DNA from: Camelus ferus
Taxonomy: Eukaryota
Length of the DNA: 64,000 nt
Reading direction: 5' to 3'
Assembly: GCF_009834535.1 (NCBI RefSeq)
Contig: NC_045696.1
Location: forward strand, 110,548,001 to 110,612,000
Each line of letters opens with the position of its first letter. Position 1 is the stretch's first letter. The notes under the pieces were generated by a model. The model saw only the letters and a program-made list of their open reading frames with translations, had not been told where the DNA came from and ran no database searches. Made by a program: the position numbers and the translations under genes. This document shows, in pieces, positions 1 through 13,245 of this stretch.

Positions 1-267
1 CTCAAATCTTGATATAAGATTTTGGAAGGTAATTCTCTAATATCAAGGTAGCATAAATTTGTAAGGAGCAAACCTCCAGGATTTTTTATACTTCTATGTG
101 TGGTTTTAGAAAGAAATATTACTGATAGAACAGCAGTTGGAAAGGTTTCTTCGCCTAAATATGTTTACTTTGAATATTAGCAGTTTATATGTATTTGCAA
201 TATTAGCATTATTTACTTTTTGTATTAACTTTGGCTAATGAACTTTTTTTTCCTTTTATACTTTAAG

Positions 268-345
268 GAGGTAATTGAGTTCTATGGTCAAAATGGAAAT
301 TCAGTGGATAAGTGGAAAAAACCATTAGTGATTGATAAACTCAAG
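268..345 (+). CDS. ACAD11: ACAD11 coding exon (inferred exon 10)
   Basis: Polypyrimidine tract + TAAG acceptor, donor AAG|GTAAGA. 78 nt, EVIEFYGQNGNSVDKWKKPLVIDKLK, matching recalled human ACAD11 EVTEFYVQNENSVDKWGKPLVIDKLK. Confidence 0.93.
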
Positions 346-1011
346 GTAAGAAAAATAGGAGAACCTTAAAATTGGAGAATTTCTATGCAGGTGTTTTTGA
401 GAGACCTTTGTTGTTGCTGCTGCTGCTATATATGTAGAGGATAATTATATCAATTATAACTTTTTAAAAAGAAAGTTAAAAATAAAATCCATAATATACA
501 AAGTAGGTTACAGTGTTTTGTGTAGCCTGTATGATAAAGACAAACTCATACAGCTGTTCAAAGAAAAAAATGCAGTTAACACTATGACGACCGTCTGTCA
601 CTTAGTTGAGACTGAATTTTGAGGCAGGGCATTTGTCCCACATGGGCCCAATCCAAGTTTCATGTCTTCAGTTCTAACAGGAACACATGTTAGAAATTAA
701 AATACTCAGAAAAGTATTTTTGGCATAATTATATTCAGATGTAGGCTATTTTATAATAACTATGATTCAGTAAGAAGTACTCAGGTTTTTCAGCCAAATC
801 TATGAAACTTGAAGGAAAGTCACTTATTTAACCATGAAGAAATTGTTGATTTATAATGAATTAATAACTACTTGGTTTTGCGCACTGTAGGATACAATGA
901 AATAAATAACTTCATAAGCTTAAACAACATAAATGCCAATATCTTTTAAAAATAAACTATTTTAGGTCATGATAAATTATGCTCACTCTGGCATATTCAT
1001 CACCTTGACAG

Positions 1012-1150
1012 GAAATGGCCAAAGCAGAAGGCCTCTGGAACTTGTTTTTGCCAGCTGTAAGTGGTCTCAGCCAGGTGGACTATGCCTTGATTGCTGAAGA
1101 AACAGGAAAATGCTTTTTTGCTCCAGATGTCTTTAACTGCCAAGCACCAG
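1012..1150 (+). CDS. ACAD11: ACAD11 coding exon (inferred exon 11)
   Basis: CAG acceptor, CAG|GTTACT donor. 139 nt, EMAKAEGLWNLFLPAVSGLSQVDYALIAEETGKCFFAPDVFNCQAP(D); acyl-CoA dehydrogenase N-terminal helical domain. Confidence 0.95.
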
Positions 1151-1509
1151 GTTACTATTACATTATTTAAAAACAGAATGTTCCTTAGATATTTTGAGCA
1201 GTGTTTAAAATTTTCCTGTTTTATGACAAGGAAGTTTTTTTCTGCACAAAGTCACTGATTTATAAATTTCTCTTTAATTTGGCTTTTCAGTTATCTTGAT
1301 TTAAATATTTAAAAGTGGATCTAAAGTACTCATTGGGTTATTCTTTTGTTAAACATCATTACATTAAGAATATTAGTGAATAGAAGTCACCACCCAAGGA
1401 ATTAGCAATATGAGGTTTTCAGTTTACTGATCGTGTATTGAATATTTCTATGGTTAGTCAGAATGGATAGATTTCTAAATCTTTTGTTTAGCCTCACTGT
1501 CTCTCCATT

Positions 1510-2340
1510 TACTTACCAATTATTTATTTATTATTTACTATATGCCAAGTACTGTTTTAGAAACTTGGGATTTATCATGGAATAAAATACACAAAGATTC
1601 CTGACCTCATGGTGCTGACACTCTAACGAAGAGAGACAAAAATAAACAATAGATAGATAAGAAAATTATACAGTAAGTTTGAAGCTGAAAAGTGGTTTGG
1701 GGAAAAGAAAATCCAGCAGTGTAGGAGAGCTGAGGGATAGGGAACGTGGATTACAATAAGATGGAATGGTTGGGAATGTCATTGGGAAAATGACATTCAG
1801 TTAAGATAAAGAAGGTGAGAGAGTTAGCCATGCTGGTATCAGGGCTAAGCGTTTTCCTAACATAAGGAGCAGAAAATGCAAAGGCCCTAAACAAGAGCAT
1901 GATTGGTGTATTTCAGGAACAGTGAAGGAGGCCATTGTGGCTGGAGAGAATAGCAGAAGGTATCAGAGAGGAAAGGGCCTTATATGCTGGGACTTAACGG
2001 GCAGGTAAGGGCTTATACTTCCAGTGAAATTGGAAGCCACTGGGGATTTGAGCAGTGCAGTGACAAGGTGTAACTTCAGTTTTAAAAGGATCCCTTTGAC
2101 CGCTATGTTGAGAACTAACAGAAGGAAGGAGGGAGGCAGAGAGTCTTGTTGTGATAGTCCTGGTGAGAGATGATGGTGATTTGTTCAGGGCAGTAGGGCA
2201 GTAGCAGCGGAAGGGGTAAGAAGTGGAAAGAATCTAAATATATTTTGAAGGCAGAGCCAAGAGGACTTACACATTGGTTTGGGGGAATTAATAGGGGAGT
2301 CAAGGATCCCTTAAAGGACTTTGGCATGAAAAATTGGAAG
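1510..2340 (-). mobile_element. L2 LINE 3' fragment (L2a-like), ancient
   Basis: Antisense L2-type text (tatttactatatgccaagtactgtttt...tgcaaaggccct...ttttaaaaggatccctttg...tatattttgaaggcagagcc). Boundaries approximate. Confidence 0.7.
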
Positions 2341-2419
2341 GAAGAGGGAAAGAGGCCAACTTTTCTTTAAAAAGTTACTATGGGAGGAATAAACCTGGAC
2401 TGTAGTCTTTTGAAGGTGT

Positions 2420-2600
2420 TTTCAAACCCATATTTGCAGAAGAACCCCTTAAATAACTTTAAAAAAATTTCAAATGCACAGGCTCCAGCCCTAGAGATTC
2501 TGATTCAGGAGGTTTAAGGTAGACCCTGAGAATGTCTTTGTCTTTTTTTTTCCCCCAGGTTACTCTGGTTATTCTGCTGCTTCCAGTCAAAGACTAGCAT
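2420..2600. mobile_element. MER5-like hAT-Charlie MITE remnant
   Basis: Core ccctagagattctgattcaggaggttt is typical of MER5A. Confidence 0.5.
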
Positions 2601-4283
2601 TTGATTTGTAGAAGGATGATGGTCCTATAGTGGTTCTGCACAAGTTAGGCCTTATCATTGTCCTTTGTGCTAATTTTATGGCCCTGGTGCTAATGCTCTC
2701 CCAAAAAGAGTTAATGAAGGTGGAAATGCCTGAAAGGGGTATACTGGATGTCAGAGAAAACACTGGTTGCCTGGCAAAATGTTCCCACTCTGGACTTTGA
2801 CTCTCATTTCTTTGGTACTGTTAAGATAATTTGGAAACCTGTGATGATGGTTGAACTTGTCCCAGGTCCTCACCTTTTCTCTCTTCAAAACACTGATTTA
2901 CTACTGTACTACATTTTCATTTAATAATGAGGCTATTGTAAAATTAATCTACTCCCAGAGTTTCTAAAGATTTTATCTCATTGTGTGAAGCTATTCCATG
3001 ATAATACAACCCATAAATAATAGCTTTGTTTTGTCAGCTTCTCAGAATAAAATAATTTTTGGAAAGATTTTATTCAATATTTATTTCATTTGAACTAAAC
3101 GAGAAAACTGAATTTAAAGCAAGCAAAGAAAACCATGAGCTCATTAATTATAACTCAGGACTCATTCTCTCCCTCACTTAAACAGAATTTTAAGCTTGTG
3201 TTTATCTACTAGGAATGTTGTACATTTTAATATAACTTTGGCTCCTTTGGGGATGTTGAAACAGAGTACAAACATATTTTGAGACTTAACTTAGACCTAG
3301 TTCATTTTTCATAGGCATTTCAGTGACTGTCTTTAAAGTCATTGCAAGTGATGATATTGAAAAATTCTTCCTCAAAATCTTATAAGCTATCAGTATTCAA
3401 GGGTAAGGTTTTAGATAGTATTTTTAGAAATTTGATGGGGATGAAAATCAGAGAAAGGCACCTGGAGCATTTTGCTCTGCGGCAGACACGAAGCATCCTT
3501 TTCCACGTGAGTGACACAGCAGTGTGTCATGTACTGCACCATGCCCTCCAAGGGCTGGAGAGGGCCTTTGGCATTACCTCCCGCCATTTGCCATCCAGGA
3601 CATGGGTCCTGTGTTTGGCATCCTTCAGATGCCTTAGTACTTCCTAGACGGTATGGGGTGCACGAAGGTAAAAGCAGTGTTGTAGTAAAGAGGCAATAAT
3701 TACCATGTGAGGTCAAAGGAAAGAGAGATGTCTGACTGGGTACTTGCAGATTCTTCACAATGAAGGTGGCTCAAACAGAAATTTACTAGGAATGACAGAA
3801 TTTCCTCTGAGAGAAGGCCTGGTGCAAGCAAATATAAGGAAGTTAGAAAGCACAGGTGTATTTGAGGAACAGGGGTCTCAAGGCTGGAGTCTCAGTAAAA
3901 TATGTATTGTTAATTGTTCTCCAGGAGAATTGCAGTCACTCCTAGCAGAGTGTATTTGCAAGACAGCAAGCAAAGGTTGGGCTACTATATTATTTCCCTC
4001 AGTCCTAATTGAGTTAGACCCCTCTTAGAGCTTCATTGGGATGAAGTGGATGAGCATCTATGATTCAGAACAATTTGAATAAATATGCACCAAATGCCAT
4101 GTGCTTACAACTGCTTATGGCATACCTTCATTGTAAATTAGATTTATTCTTATGTTTCAAAATATTTTTGTTAGCAAACATTAGCTTTAAAAGGATGAGT
4201 GTCTGTATTACCTATACGGAGTTTGGATCTCATACTGGTAAGTTTTTAAATGCAAAACAAGTGCTTCTCCTTCTTACGTGTAG

Positions 4284-4391
4284 ACACCGGGAACATGGAG
4301 GTGCTCCACCTGTATGGAAGTGAGATGCAGAGGCAGCAGTGGCTTGAGCCTCTTCTTCAAGGGACCATTGCCTCCTGCTTCTGTATGACAG
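4284..4391 (+). CDS. ACAD11: ACAD11 coding exon (inferred exon 12)
   Basis: TAG acceptor, CAG|GTAAAA donor. 108 nt, (D)[35 protein letters not shown](E); phase continues from the previous exon. Confidence 0.95.
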
Positions 4392-5790
4392 GTAAAATTA
4401 AGTCAGTCACGTTCTCCCTTGTGTGGTCACTCTTCCTGGGCTATGATCGATGAACCGAAGAAGTGTGGGATGTGGCTCTGTGTTTCAGGCAAATTTTCCC
4501 ATGGCTAGGAATGTGACTATGTTTGCTTTGACTCCAGTTTTAAATTTTGACATTTTTAAATGTGCAAAATAAAATTGTCCTCTCATTAAATAATGTTCTG
4601 TAGTAACCTGCTTTAGGCATTAGCAGCAGAGTAAACCTAGTTTCATTATCTTTTGACTTGCATTTCTAAAATTGCCATCTATGGATATTTAAGATCTTTT
4701 TTACCCTAATGTATGAAATATTCACATCTGTGATAATTTTATATTGATACTTCCAAAATACTCTGCCATAAACCCGGAAAAACAGAACTTTCACCAATGT
4801 TGGTCCTATGGCTCAAATTATAATCATATGGCAAAATAAAACGAGGATCATGTTAATAAAAATGAGTTTTGGTACCATTTGTACATAGGAAACAGTAATT
4901 AAGAACTCTTCAGAGGACAAAGTCACTGTTTCATAGCTGACTTTAAAGTTAAACTAAATTTCATCTGGCCATAATTTTGGCCAGGTTTTATTGTCTTCTA
5001 TAACATTGCATACATTTATCATAGCAAAACTGATCTCCATTTAAATCAGTAAGGGGCATTTATTGAACGCCTGCAGTATGATGTGTTGTCTACGAAGCTC
5101 TAACTGGAGGTTACAAAATAAGTAGAGTACATAGCTCCTTTTCTAAAGAAACTGGGTCTCTAGTTTTAGAAAGAGAACACATAAAATAACTGAAGGACCC
5201 ATTCAAAAGAGTAGCATATTAAGAAGTGCAGATTACTATGATTGAAAGCTAGCCTGTAAGTTCTAAAATGCCATACAGGAAAGCAGTTTTGTAAAGGTGT
5301 CCCATGGAAAACTTGCTGAAGACATTAAGTGTTGAGCAGACTTTATAGAATGCAAAATAAATAAACTGGTGAAAGCATTCTGATGGAATTTGCAAGCACA
5401 GTTAGAAATTGTTTAAGATGCTATATGGTGGGGAAATCTGGCCTGCAAATATGTAGTATAGATTTCCATTGTGGGAAGCAAAGAACAATGTATTCAATGT
5501 ACTTTTGATGATTAGAGAAAGGATTGAGTGAGTTGTATCCCAAGTCATGTATCAGTGAGGAAGCCAAGAACACAATTTAGCTCGCTGATTGATCTGAATT
5601 GTTCTAACTACTTCATTCATTCATTCTTCCAATGCACATTTATTAAATACCTACTTTGTGTAGGTTGTGGAATGGGGAAATGATAGAAAGATGCTTCTGT
5701 CCTCAAAGAGTTCACGTTTTCTCACCTAAGTCTCTTTTGTAAATTGATGGCATCTGCCTACCTGTAAATTCAGTCTTTGCTTATTTATAG

Positions 5791-5889
5791 AGCCTGATGT
5801 AGCTTCAAGTGATGCCACAAATATTGAATGTAGCATCCAGCGAGATGGGGACAGCTATGTAATTAATGGCAAGAAATGGTGGAGCAGTG
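5791..5889 (+). CDS. ACAD11: ACAD11 coding exon (inferred exon 13)
   Basis: TAG acceptor, GTG|GTGAGT donor. 99 nt, (E)[32 protein letters not shown](G); completes the ACAD TEPxxxSD and NGxKxW signatures. Confidence 0.95.
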
Positions 5890-6029
5890 GTGAGTATTCA
5901 GATTGATCCTTTGTGCCAGATGCTCTGCTGGAATAACATCATACAGAGTTGTTAGTTTCATGACCACAGTTCTTTAAATTCTGCCTTTGAAAGCATTTTC
6001 AAATTTAGAAAGTGATAAATTTTAAAATT

Positions 6030-7006
6030 ACATGTCTTGATTGAGTGATGTTTATTTTAAGAGGTTTTTTTACAGTTTGTGAGAGATAAAATTCGTATTA
6101 GTGCATACTATTTTAGATCACTGTAATTTCTAACAAAATTAAATTTTAATAAGGACATATTACATGGACTATAATAATTTCTATATAACTTTTTAAAGAG
6201 ATAAGCAGTACACATTATTAAAAATAAGTTATGGTGGTACATATTTTCCTTGCTGAAAAATACAAATATTTAAGTGAAAAATAAGAGTCTTTATACTTAG
6301 GAAAATATACTGTTTAGTTGATCGTCAGTAATAGACACATACGTGGATGAGACCTTTAGGAAGTTATAAAAATTGAAACCTAGGTAAGTGTGATTATCTG
6401 AGGACTGCCTCTAGAGTATACATCTAACAGGATAACGTTTATTACTAAAGAAAGTTTACATCATTAACACAAATTATACGTTTAGAAACTTAGCAGAAAC
6501 TTAGCAGGAAAAGCTTTTCATGTATTTTTTGATTACTAATTGTTATTCTGTCTGAAGTTTTATGAAATCACTTATAAATTAAGAAATAGGAAAAAGATTA
6601 AATTTTGCTGAGAAGTTATTCAAGTACTAAAATTATACAGGGAAATTGTTCTTACATTAAAATTTAGATAATATAAAATAATTATAAATACCCCTTAATG
6701 TAGGCCTTTTTAATAATCTGTTTTAGATCACCCACCAAACTTATAGCATAGTATTTTCCTTACTTATACCTGTTACTGTTTTCCTGTATTGTTGATTTTA
6801 ACTTTAGTAAATGCTTTGTGCATTTATTATTTTGTTTCCTCTTCTTCTTGGCTTCTACCCCACCCCCCTTCCCCACCCCAGCCTCTTCTTGTTTTAAATT
6901 GCTACCACAGTGTTTGAGATTTGAGTTTCAGAATAATGCAAATGTTTGATCTGAGGGAGAAGCATCATTCATATGTATCGAAGCAAGAGACAGAACGATT
7001 TCACAT
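6030..7006 (-). other. ACKR4: ACKR4 3' UTR with candidate poly(A) signals
   Basis: AT-rich and apparently repeat-free. Minus-strand AATAAA at 6823-6828, 6438-6443 and 6051-6056. Confidence 0.5.
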
Positions 7007-8059
7007 TTAAATGCTGAAAGTGCTGGTTGGCTCTGTAGCATCTTCAGAATCGAAAGGAATCTCCTCCACATTTTGTCTTTGTCTTCTCCAGGATCCATAC
7101 TTCTTGGCAACTTTCATAATGTAGTTTTTAAAAGAGGCTCCAATGAAAACATACAGGACCGGGTTGAGGCAGCTGTGAAAGAGTGCAATGCTCTCTGTGA
7201 TTTGGATGGCGACATCCATGCGTTTGCTCATGTCACAGTCGGTGATCAGGGAGTAGATGATGTCTATGGCTTGGCAGAACTTGACGATGTTATAAGGCAG
7301 CTGAGTGACAAGGAAAACTATGACCACTGTGAGCAGAACTTTGAGGGGCCGAGACTTTTTAATGTTTGGCGTCCTGATGAGTGTCCTCGCTGTGATGAAG
7401 TAGCACACTCCCATAATAAGAAAGGGTATTACAAATCCAATGCAGATTTCTAGCATTTGAATCGATGCTTTCATGGATGTTCCTAGGTGGTATGGAAAGA
7501 TGGGAATGCACCTAGCCTTGTGATTGACTGTATAAAAAACCAGCTGAGGTATACTCAGCAGGATGGCAGCCATCCAGACACAGAAGCAGATGAGCCAGCA
7601 TTGTTTGCCCACTCCTCCATGACTGGGGGCTCTAGTTACTGCCCAGTATCTGTCTACGCTGATACAAGCCAGAAACTGCATTCCAGAGACAAAGTTGACT
7701 GTGTACAAGGCTGACATGACTTTGCACATGACTTTCCCTAAGACCCACCCATGAACTGCATTAACTGCCCAAAAAGGCAGAGTGAGTAGAAGGAGTAGAT
7801 CTGCCACAGCCAAGTTCAGGATGTACACGTCTGTTTTGGTTCTCTGCTTCTTGTAGTAGGCGTAAATCGCCACTACTATGGAATTGCCCGCAAGTCCAAT
7901 GATGAAAGCTATTGTGAAGAAGGCAGGAAGGAAAACTTTTGCAAATTTTCTGACCTCTTCTTTTATACAGATCACTTCATACTGACTGTAGTCGTGAGTG
8001 TCATTCACTTCATTTTCCTCATAATAGTAATCTGCTGACTGGTTGTGTTCCAAAGCCAT
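7007..8059 (-). CDS. ACKR4: Atypical chemokine receptor 4 (CCRL1/CCX-CKR), 350-aa class A GPCR, single coding exon
   Basis: Intact ORF with acidic Tyr-rich N-terminus (DYYYEENE), GN in TM1, [20 protein letters not shown] and a Ser/Thr-rich tail ending TSTFSI. Recognisable ACKR4 sequence at its known position inside ACAD11. Confidence 0.98.
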   Translation of the reverse strand: MALEHNQSADYYYEENEVNDTHDYSQYEVICIKEEVRKFAKVFLPAFFTIAFIIGLAGNSIVVAIYAYYKKQRTKTDVYILNLAVADLLLLLTLPFWAVNAVHGWVLGKVMCKVMSALYTVNFVSGMQFLACISVDRYWAVTRAPSHGGVGKQCWLICFCVWMAAILLSIPQLVFYTVNHKARCIPIFPYHLGTSMKASIQMLEICIGFVIPFLIMGVCYFITARTLIRTPNIKKSRPLKVLLTVVIVFLVTQLPYNIVKFCQAIDIIYSLITDCDMSKRMDVAIQITESIALFHSCLNPVLYVFIGASFKNYIMKVAKKYGSWRRQRQNVEEIPFDSEDATEPTSTFSI

Positions 8060-8629
8060 GGCTCCAACCTAAATGGCAGAAAGAATACAGGACATCCATC
8101 GTAATACTGCTTAAATGGAAACATTTCTGATCTAGCGTATGTTTTATTCTTTTACTAGAGAATAGACTGTTGCTGCAACATATGTGAGCCTGAATCCACC
8201 ACTCTTTGAAACTGTTTAATGGAATCCACATCAGAGTATATCCCCAAGATTAATTCTTCATTCTTTGTTTTTACAAGTCTGTGTACAGGAACTGAGATTT
8301 ACAGAGGGAAGATAAAAATAATGTCCTGAGAGAATTTTCTTAAACCATTAAAGCCTAAGTAAAAGTAATGATTTTCATACAAAAATAGTTTTTAAAATAC
8401 GAAAATTTAGTTAGATTTCAACTGAAAGGGCTTAAACATTTTATAACTTTTACATATACAACTCTGTAATTCTTACACAGTATATTGACAATAAATTAAA
8501 TTTTTAAAATTAAATTATTTATTTAAAATAAATATTTTACTTTTATTCATTTATAAATTTATTTTTAAATAAATTATCCCAGCATTTGTATGGAATTTTA
8601 CTAGTTGGCTTTTATAAAATAAAGTCTCG

Positions 8630-9530
8630 TCTAGTTAGCTTCCCTCCAAAACTGGTCACTCCACGCTGGTTGTAAACTGCTGTTGGGTAGCACTGTCATT
8701 CCACTAGTCACCTAAGCCTCAAGCCTGCACCATCCTTGATTTCTCTCTTATCTTCATCCCTGATTTCCAGTCAGTGCCTAAATTCTGATTTTACCTTCCA
8801 AAAAGGTCTCAAATCTGTCTCCTCCTTTGAATCTGTGCTCTTTGACACAGCCACACAATTTGTCCATCCATCACTGTCTCACACCTGCCCTGTTATGATG
8901 TCTTCCTAACCAGCATCCTACTTATTGGCATCCTGTTCTTGTTCCTCCTTACAACTCTTTGTCAATAACATTTTTCTTACTGCCACCAGAGTGCAGTATC
9001 TCTAAAATGCCAATCACTCTCCTGCCTAGCTCCTCACCTGAAAGACACATCTCTTCATTTGAAAGATACAATCTAAGCTCCTTAGCATCATACCCGGGGC
9101 TCTCTCTGTAATGTGGTCCTACCCATGGTTCCTGCTGTGTCCCTCTACCATGTACCCGACACTGTCGACAGTAATGGTACTGATTTGCCAGCAGTTTTCT
9201 GGCACATACCATGCTGCAGCACATCTCTACATCATTACTCATTCTGTTCCTTTATCTGATATACTGTTTCTTGTCCCTTCCCTTGAAGGGCCAATTCCTA
9301 CTCAGTTAACTTGGATGTTGCCACTCCAGAAGACTTTTGCAACCCAGTAGGTGTATCTACATACCTCTCAGAGAACTGACCCCATTCTATGGAAGATGCA
9401 TTTCCTAGAGTACCTTTTCCTTCTATGCTCTAAGTTCCCTAAGATTATGACCTGTTGAGTTTTTCTTTGTATTTAATACCTGAGAGGGTGCCTGGTATGC
9501 ACCAGGCACCCAAAAAGTATCTGTCAAACT
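8630..9530 (+). mobile_element. L2 LINE fragment, ancient
   Basis: Degenerate pyrimidine-rich L2 3' sequence ending gtgcctggtatgcaccaggcacccaaaaagtat. Confidence 0.55.
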
Positions 9531-10552
9531 AAAAGCTTTACCAGTAGGTATAGAGCTGCTACAGTAGTATGGAAAGATGGTGCTCCAGGAATCCCCTGTC
9601 CCATCATTTAGTTATTTTACTATATTGGCTATTAACACCCTGTAGTATTAAGCTGGCACAGAATTCACAAGCGTTAAAATATATGTAACAGTGACTTTCA
9701 GTGTTTTTATTATAATACTGAGTTTTGTTTTACTTTTTTCCTTAGCCTTTCTCCCTTGGGTTATTTTTGTCCTTGGAAGAATCTCAAAGATTCTTACAGA
9801 ATCATTAATGAAAATGTTATTTTCAAACAGTGTGCCAACTTATGGTACTTTTTCAATAGAACACGCTTACACTTGCTAACCCTTTGTGGATGAATAAAGC
9901 AAAGACCCCCCCCCCCCAAGGAAACAGTTTTCATGATGTAAAAACCAGGTGCCAATGATTTTAAATGACTATCCTTAAAGCTATTTGAACAGATCCAATC
10001 TGGAAGATTACTCTGGTCTTTGTTTTCTTGTATGTTAATTATTAACACAATATGAACTTTGTTCTTTCCTTCTCTTTCATCCCAGAAATCATGAACTGAT
10101 GATAAGGTATAATATGGCCAAACAATATAGGATATTAGGGATATTTTTAAATAAAAATCAATTATACTAAAAATGTGAATAGATAAAAATAGGAATGAAA
10201 ATTATTTGCAGAAATGATCCTTCTGACAGATACACAGAACACATTTAAATGCCTTTATAATTATTACAAGAGCAAAAAAAAATAGTGTTTATAAAGCAAA
10301 GCAGGAAAAATGCTATAGCAAAACCTATTAGGAGCAAAGTTTTACAGGCAAGTAATGATATTAAAATAATATTTTCTTCTTGCTATATTTATTTTTTATC
10401 TCAAAGTGTGTAACTTTTCAAATAGCTCTTTTTTGCACATGGAAACTTTTATGCATCAAGACTCCCTCCACATAGGTAATTATACAAAGTCTTTGAGCTT
10501 AAAAAAAAAATCATATCCAAGTCAGAATGAAAAAAGAAAGAAAAAAACCAAC

Positions 10553-10900
10553 CTGTTTCAGTCGACAGAGAGGATCAGTCTTGAGTGCAGAGTAAAATCG
10601 AATGACCTCTCTAACTCAGGCTACTTTTGTTTTCGTTTTACACCCCGCCTTTGTCTTACATCCAGGAAGGCTTTCCTGAAATTTAACCTTGTGAGCACTT
10701 GATCTTACATTTTATGCATAATCGTCCTGTAAAGTCAAATCCAAGTTTTTAAGTGTCCTAGGTTACTTACTAACTTGAAATCTTGTTTCAAAATCTACAG
10801 ACCTTTCAAAGTTTCCACTTAGCTGAAGGGAACAAAGTGCCTGCAGCTGAGGTGCTCACTGCCAAACCAAAAGAATTCACTCCAGAGCCCCAAGGCAGCT
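10553..10900 (-). other. ACKR4: Probable non-coding first exon of ACKR4 (5' boundary approximate)
   Basis: Minus strand reads TCAAGACTGATCCTCTCTGTCGACTGAAACAG|GTTGGT (donor at 10553/10552), resembling the human ACKR4 5' UTR as I recall it. It would splice to the acceptor TGCCATTTAG|GTTGGAGCCATG at 8068. Confidence 0.6.
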
Positions 10901-11934
10901 AACAAGTACTTGTAGGTAGCATCTAAAGAAATGCCGTCTAAAATTTTTGTCTAGGAAAGAAAAGAAAAATAATTTTAACCCAGAAACTTATCTTTTGAAG
11001 ACTAAACTATCAAAAACTAAATTCTGAGTAGTCTTTAGGCATTTATAGGAACTTAACTTTTTATACCACGTCATTTTATATTTTGCTTAAACTATGAGAC
11101 TCTGCTTGGCTTCACTGTACTCCTCTGTCCTTGACCCCAGAGTATGCCTTTCCCCAAGACTAAATTCTCTTGCCTTCTTGTAACCTTTTTCTTCAAAGAC
11201 TAGCATACAAACTTTCAAAATCCTTCTGTCTTGAGGAGGTTACCACCACCCTGCCAACTTCCAAAGGAAAAGTTAGAGAAAAAAGAGAAATGCATACAAT
11301 TTAACCATAGTGACCCATTTGGCCTTGACTCTCTTCACATTTGCATAACAGTTCCCTTATTTATTTTCTTCTGCAAGGCTAGGCTCAGTCTCCACCTGCA
11401 GAAGTTATTTCAGACCCAGTGCTTTTTTTTTCCTCCAAGCAGTTGGTCTGACTTTCCTGTTGATTCACAGAAAAGAGGCTCTGGGTCACTGGTTCTTTCG
11501 TCTTCCTTCATTTTCCCACAGTATGTGTCTGAGGGTGCTGCCAGCCTCTCCTCCTTGTTACCCACCAGTCTTTGAGGAAGAGTTATTTGCATGCAGCTAA
11601 ACCAGCTGATGAAGAAAAAAGTGCCTCAATCTGCAGTGTTTGCCATTTTCCATGGTGTAGATGCTCCCCTAGCCAATTTCAGCTACCAGTGCAAAGTCAC
11701 TGAGGGCAGATTTGCCTCTCCTGACCAGACTCCAGTACACATCTTCCAAAAGAGGCCTCTCTTCTTACTGTGACTGATGTTCACTCTGATCTCTTGCTGC
11801 CTCCTGAAGGACGCTGCTCTTAATGTTACCCCTGCCCTCTTTAGACTATCTGGTCTTTTGCCTACTCTTGCCTCTTACTCTCTATCTGATGTATATGGGA
11901 CGAGAGGGAGCAAACACGCAACCCTCCACTAAAA

Positions 11935-13245
11935 TCTTAGAATGACATACAAGATCCCACAAGGTCTGCCTCCCTCCCTCATTGCCTCTCTGACCCTCTT
12001 CCTGCTACTCACCCCTTTGCTTGCTTGTTCTGCCACACGAGCCTTCTTGCTGTTTTGAAATGTACCAGGCACATTCCTTATTAGAGCTTTTATACTGGCT
12101 CCTCTGTCTGCCTGGAATGTGCTTCCTCTTAATATTTGCAAGGCTCACTCCCTCAAGTCTTTCAGATCTTTGTCCAATCACCACCTCCTCACTGAGGCAA
12201 CCCCTAACTATTCTATTTAAAATACCCTCACCAAGCAAAGCAAATGAACAAACATAACAAACCAGAAACAGCTATAGAAGCAGAAGACAAACAGATGGTT
12301 GCCAGACGCGAGGTGGGTGGGGGAAGGAAAAAATAGGTGAGGGAGATTTAGAGATTACAAACTCTTAAGGAGGGATTGCAAACTTCCAATTGCAAAATAA
12401 ATGAGTCATGGGGATGAAATGTACAGTGTGGAGAATATAGTCAATAACTAAGTAATATCTTTGTATGGTGACATGTCCTGCCTAGACTTATCATAGCAAT
12501 CAATTTGAAATTTATAGAAATATCAAATCACTGTGTTGTGTAACAGGAACTAACATAGTGTTGTCGGTCAATTATACTTCAAAAACAAACTTATAGAAAA
12601 AGATCAGATTTGTGGTTACCAGAGGCAGGGGCTGGGGGGAAGGCGAAATTAGATGGAGGCATGTCAAAAGGTACAAACTTCTAGTTATAAGATAAAAAGT
12701 CCTAGGCATGTAATATACAAACGATAAGGATAATTAACACTGCTGTATGTTATATATGAACATTGTTAAGAGAGTAAATGCTTAGAGTTCTCATCACAAG
12801 GAAAAAATTTTTTTCTATTTCTTTAATTTTATATCTATGTGAGAGGATGGATGTTCACTAAACTTATCGTGATAATCATTTCATGATGTATGTAAGTCAA
12901 ATTATTATGCTGTATGGCTTAAACTTACACAGTGCTGTATGTTAATTATATCTCAATAAAACAAAGAAAAATATTTAATTAATTGATGAATTAAATACCC
13001 CTCACTTGCCTGTACTCCCAATTCACTTTACCCATAGCACTTCCGTGCTAATGTACTATGTCATTTACGTTATGTTCGGCGTCTTGTTGTCTCTTACCCT
13101 GTTTTAGAATATAAGCTTCATCAGAGCCGGGCTTTTGTTTGCTTTGTTCATTGATGGATCAATTGATCTATCTACCTATGTACCTATATAGAATAATGCC
13201 TGGCACGTAGTAGATACTCAATAAATATTTGGATTAATAAATAAT
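11935..13245 (+). mobile_element. L2a 3' end interrupted by an L1 insertion
   Basis: L2 text at 11935-12231 resumes at 12991 and ends gcctggcacgtagtagatactcaataaatattt. Confidence 0.7.
12232..12990 (+). mobile_element. 5'-truncated L1 3' UTR (L1MA9/Laurasiatherian type) with degenerate TSD
   Basis: L1 3' UTR motifs ending ttatatctcaataaaac plus an A-rich tail. Flanked by TTAAAATACCCTCAC (12217-12231) and TTAAATACCCCTCAC (12991-13005). Confidence 0.8.

Noticed and set aside
7073..7714. + strand ORFs of 126 and 75 aa overlapping ACKR4
   Set aside because: Antisense shadows of the ACKR4 CDS; no recognisable domain or splice support.
8490..8580. Nearly pure A/T stretch with an imperfect inverted repeat in the ACKR4 intron
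   Set aside because: Low-complexity sequence produces such symmetry by chance.
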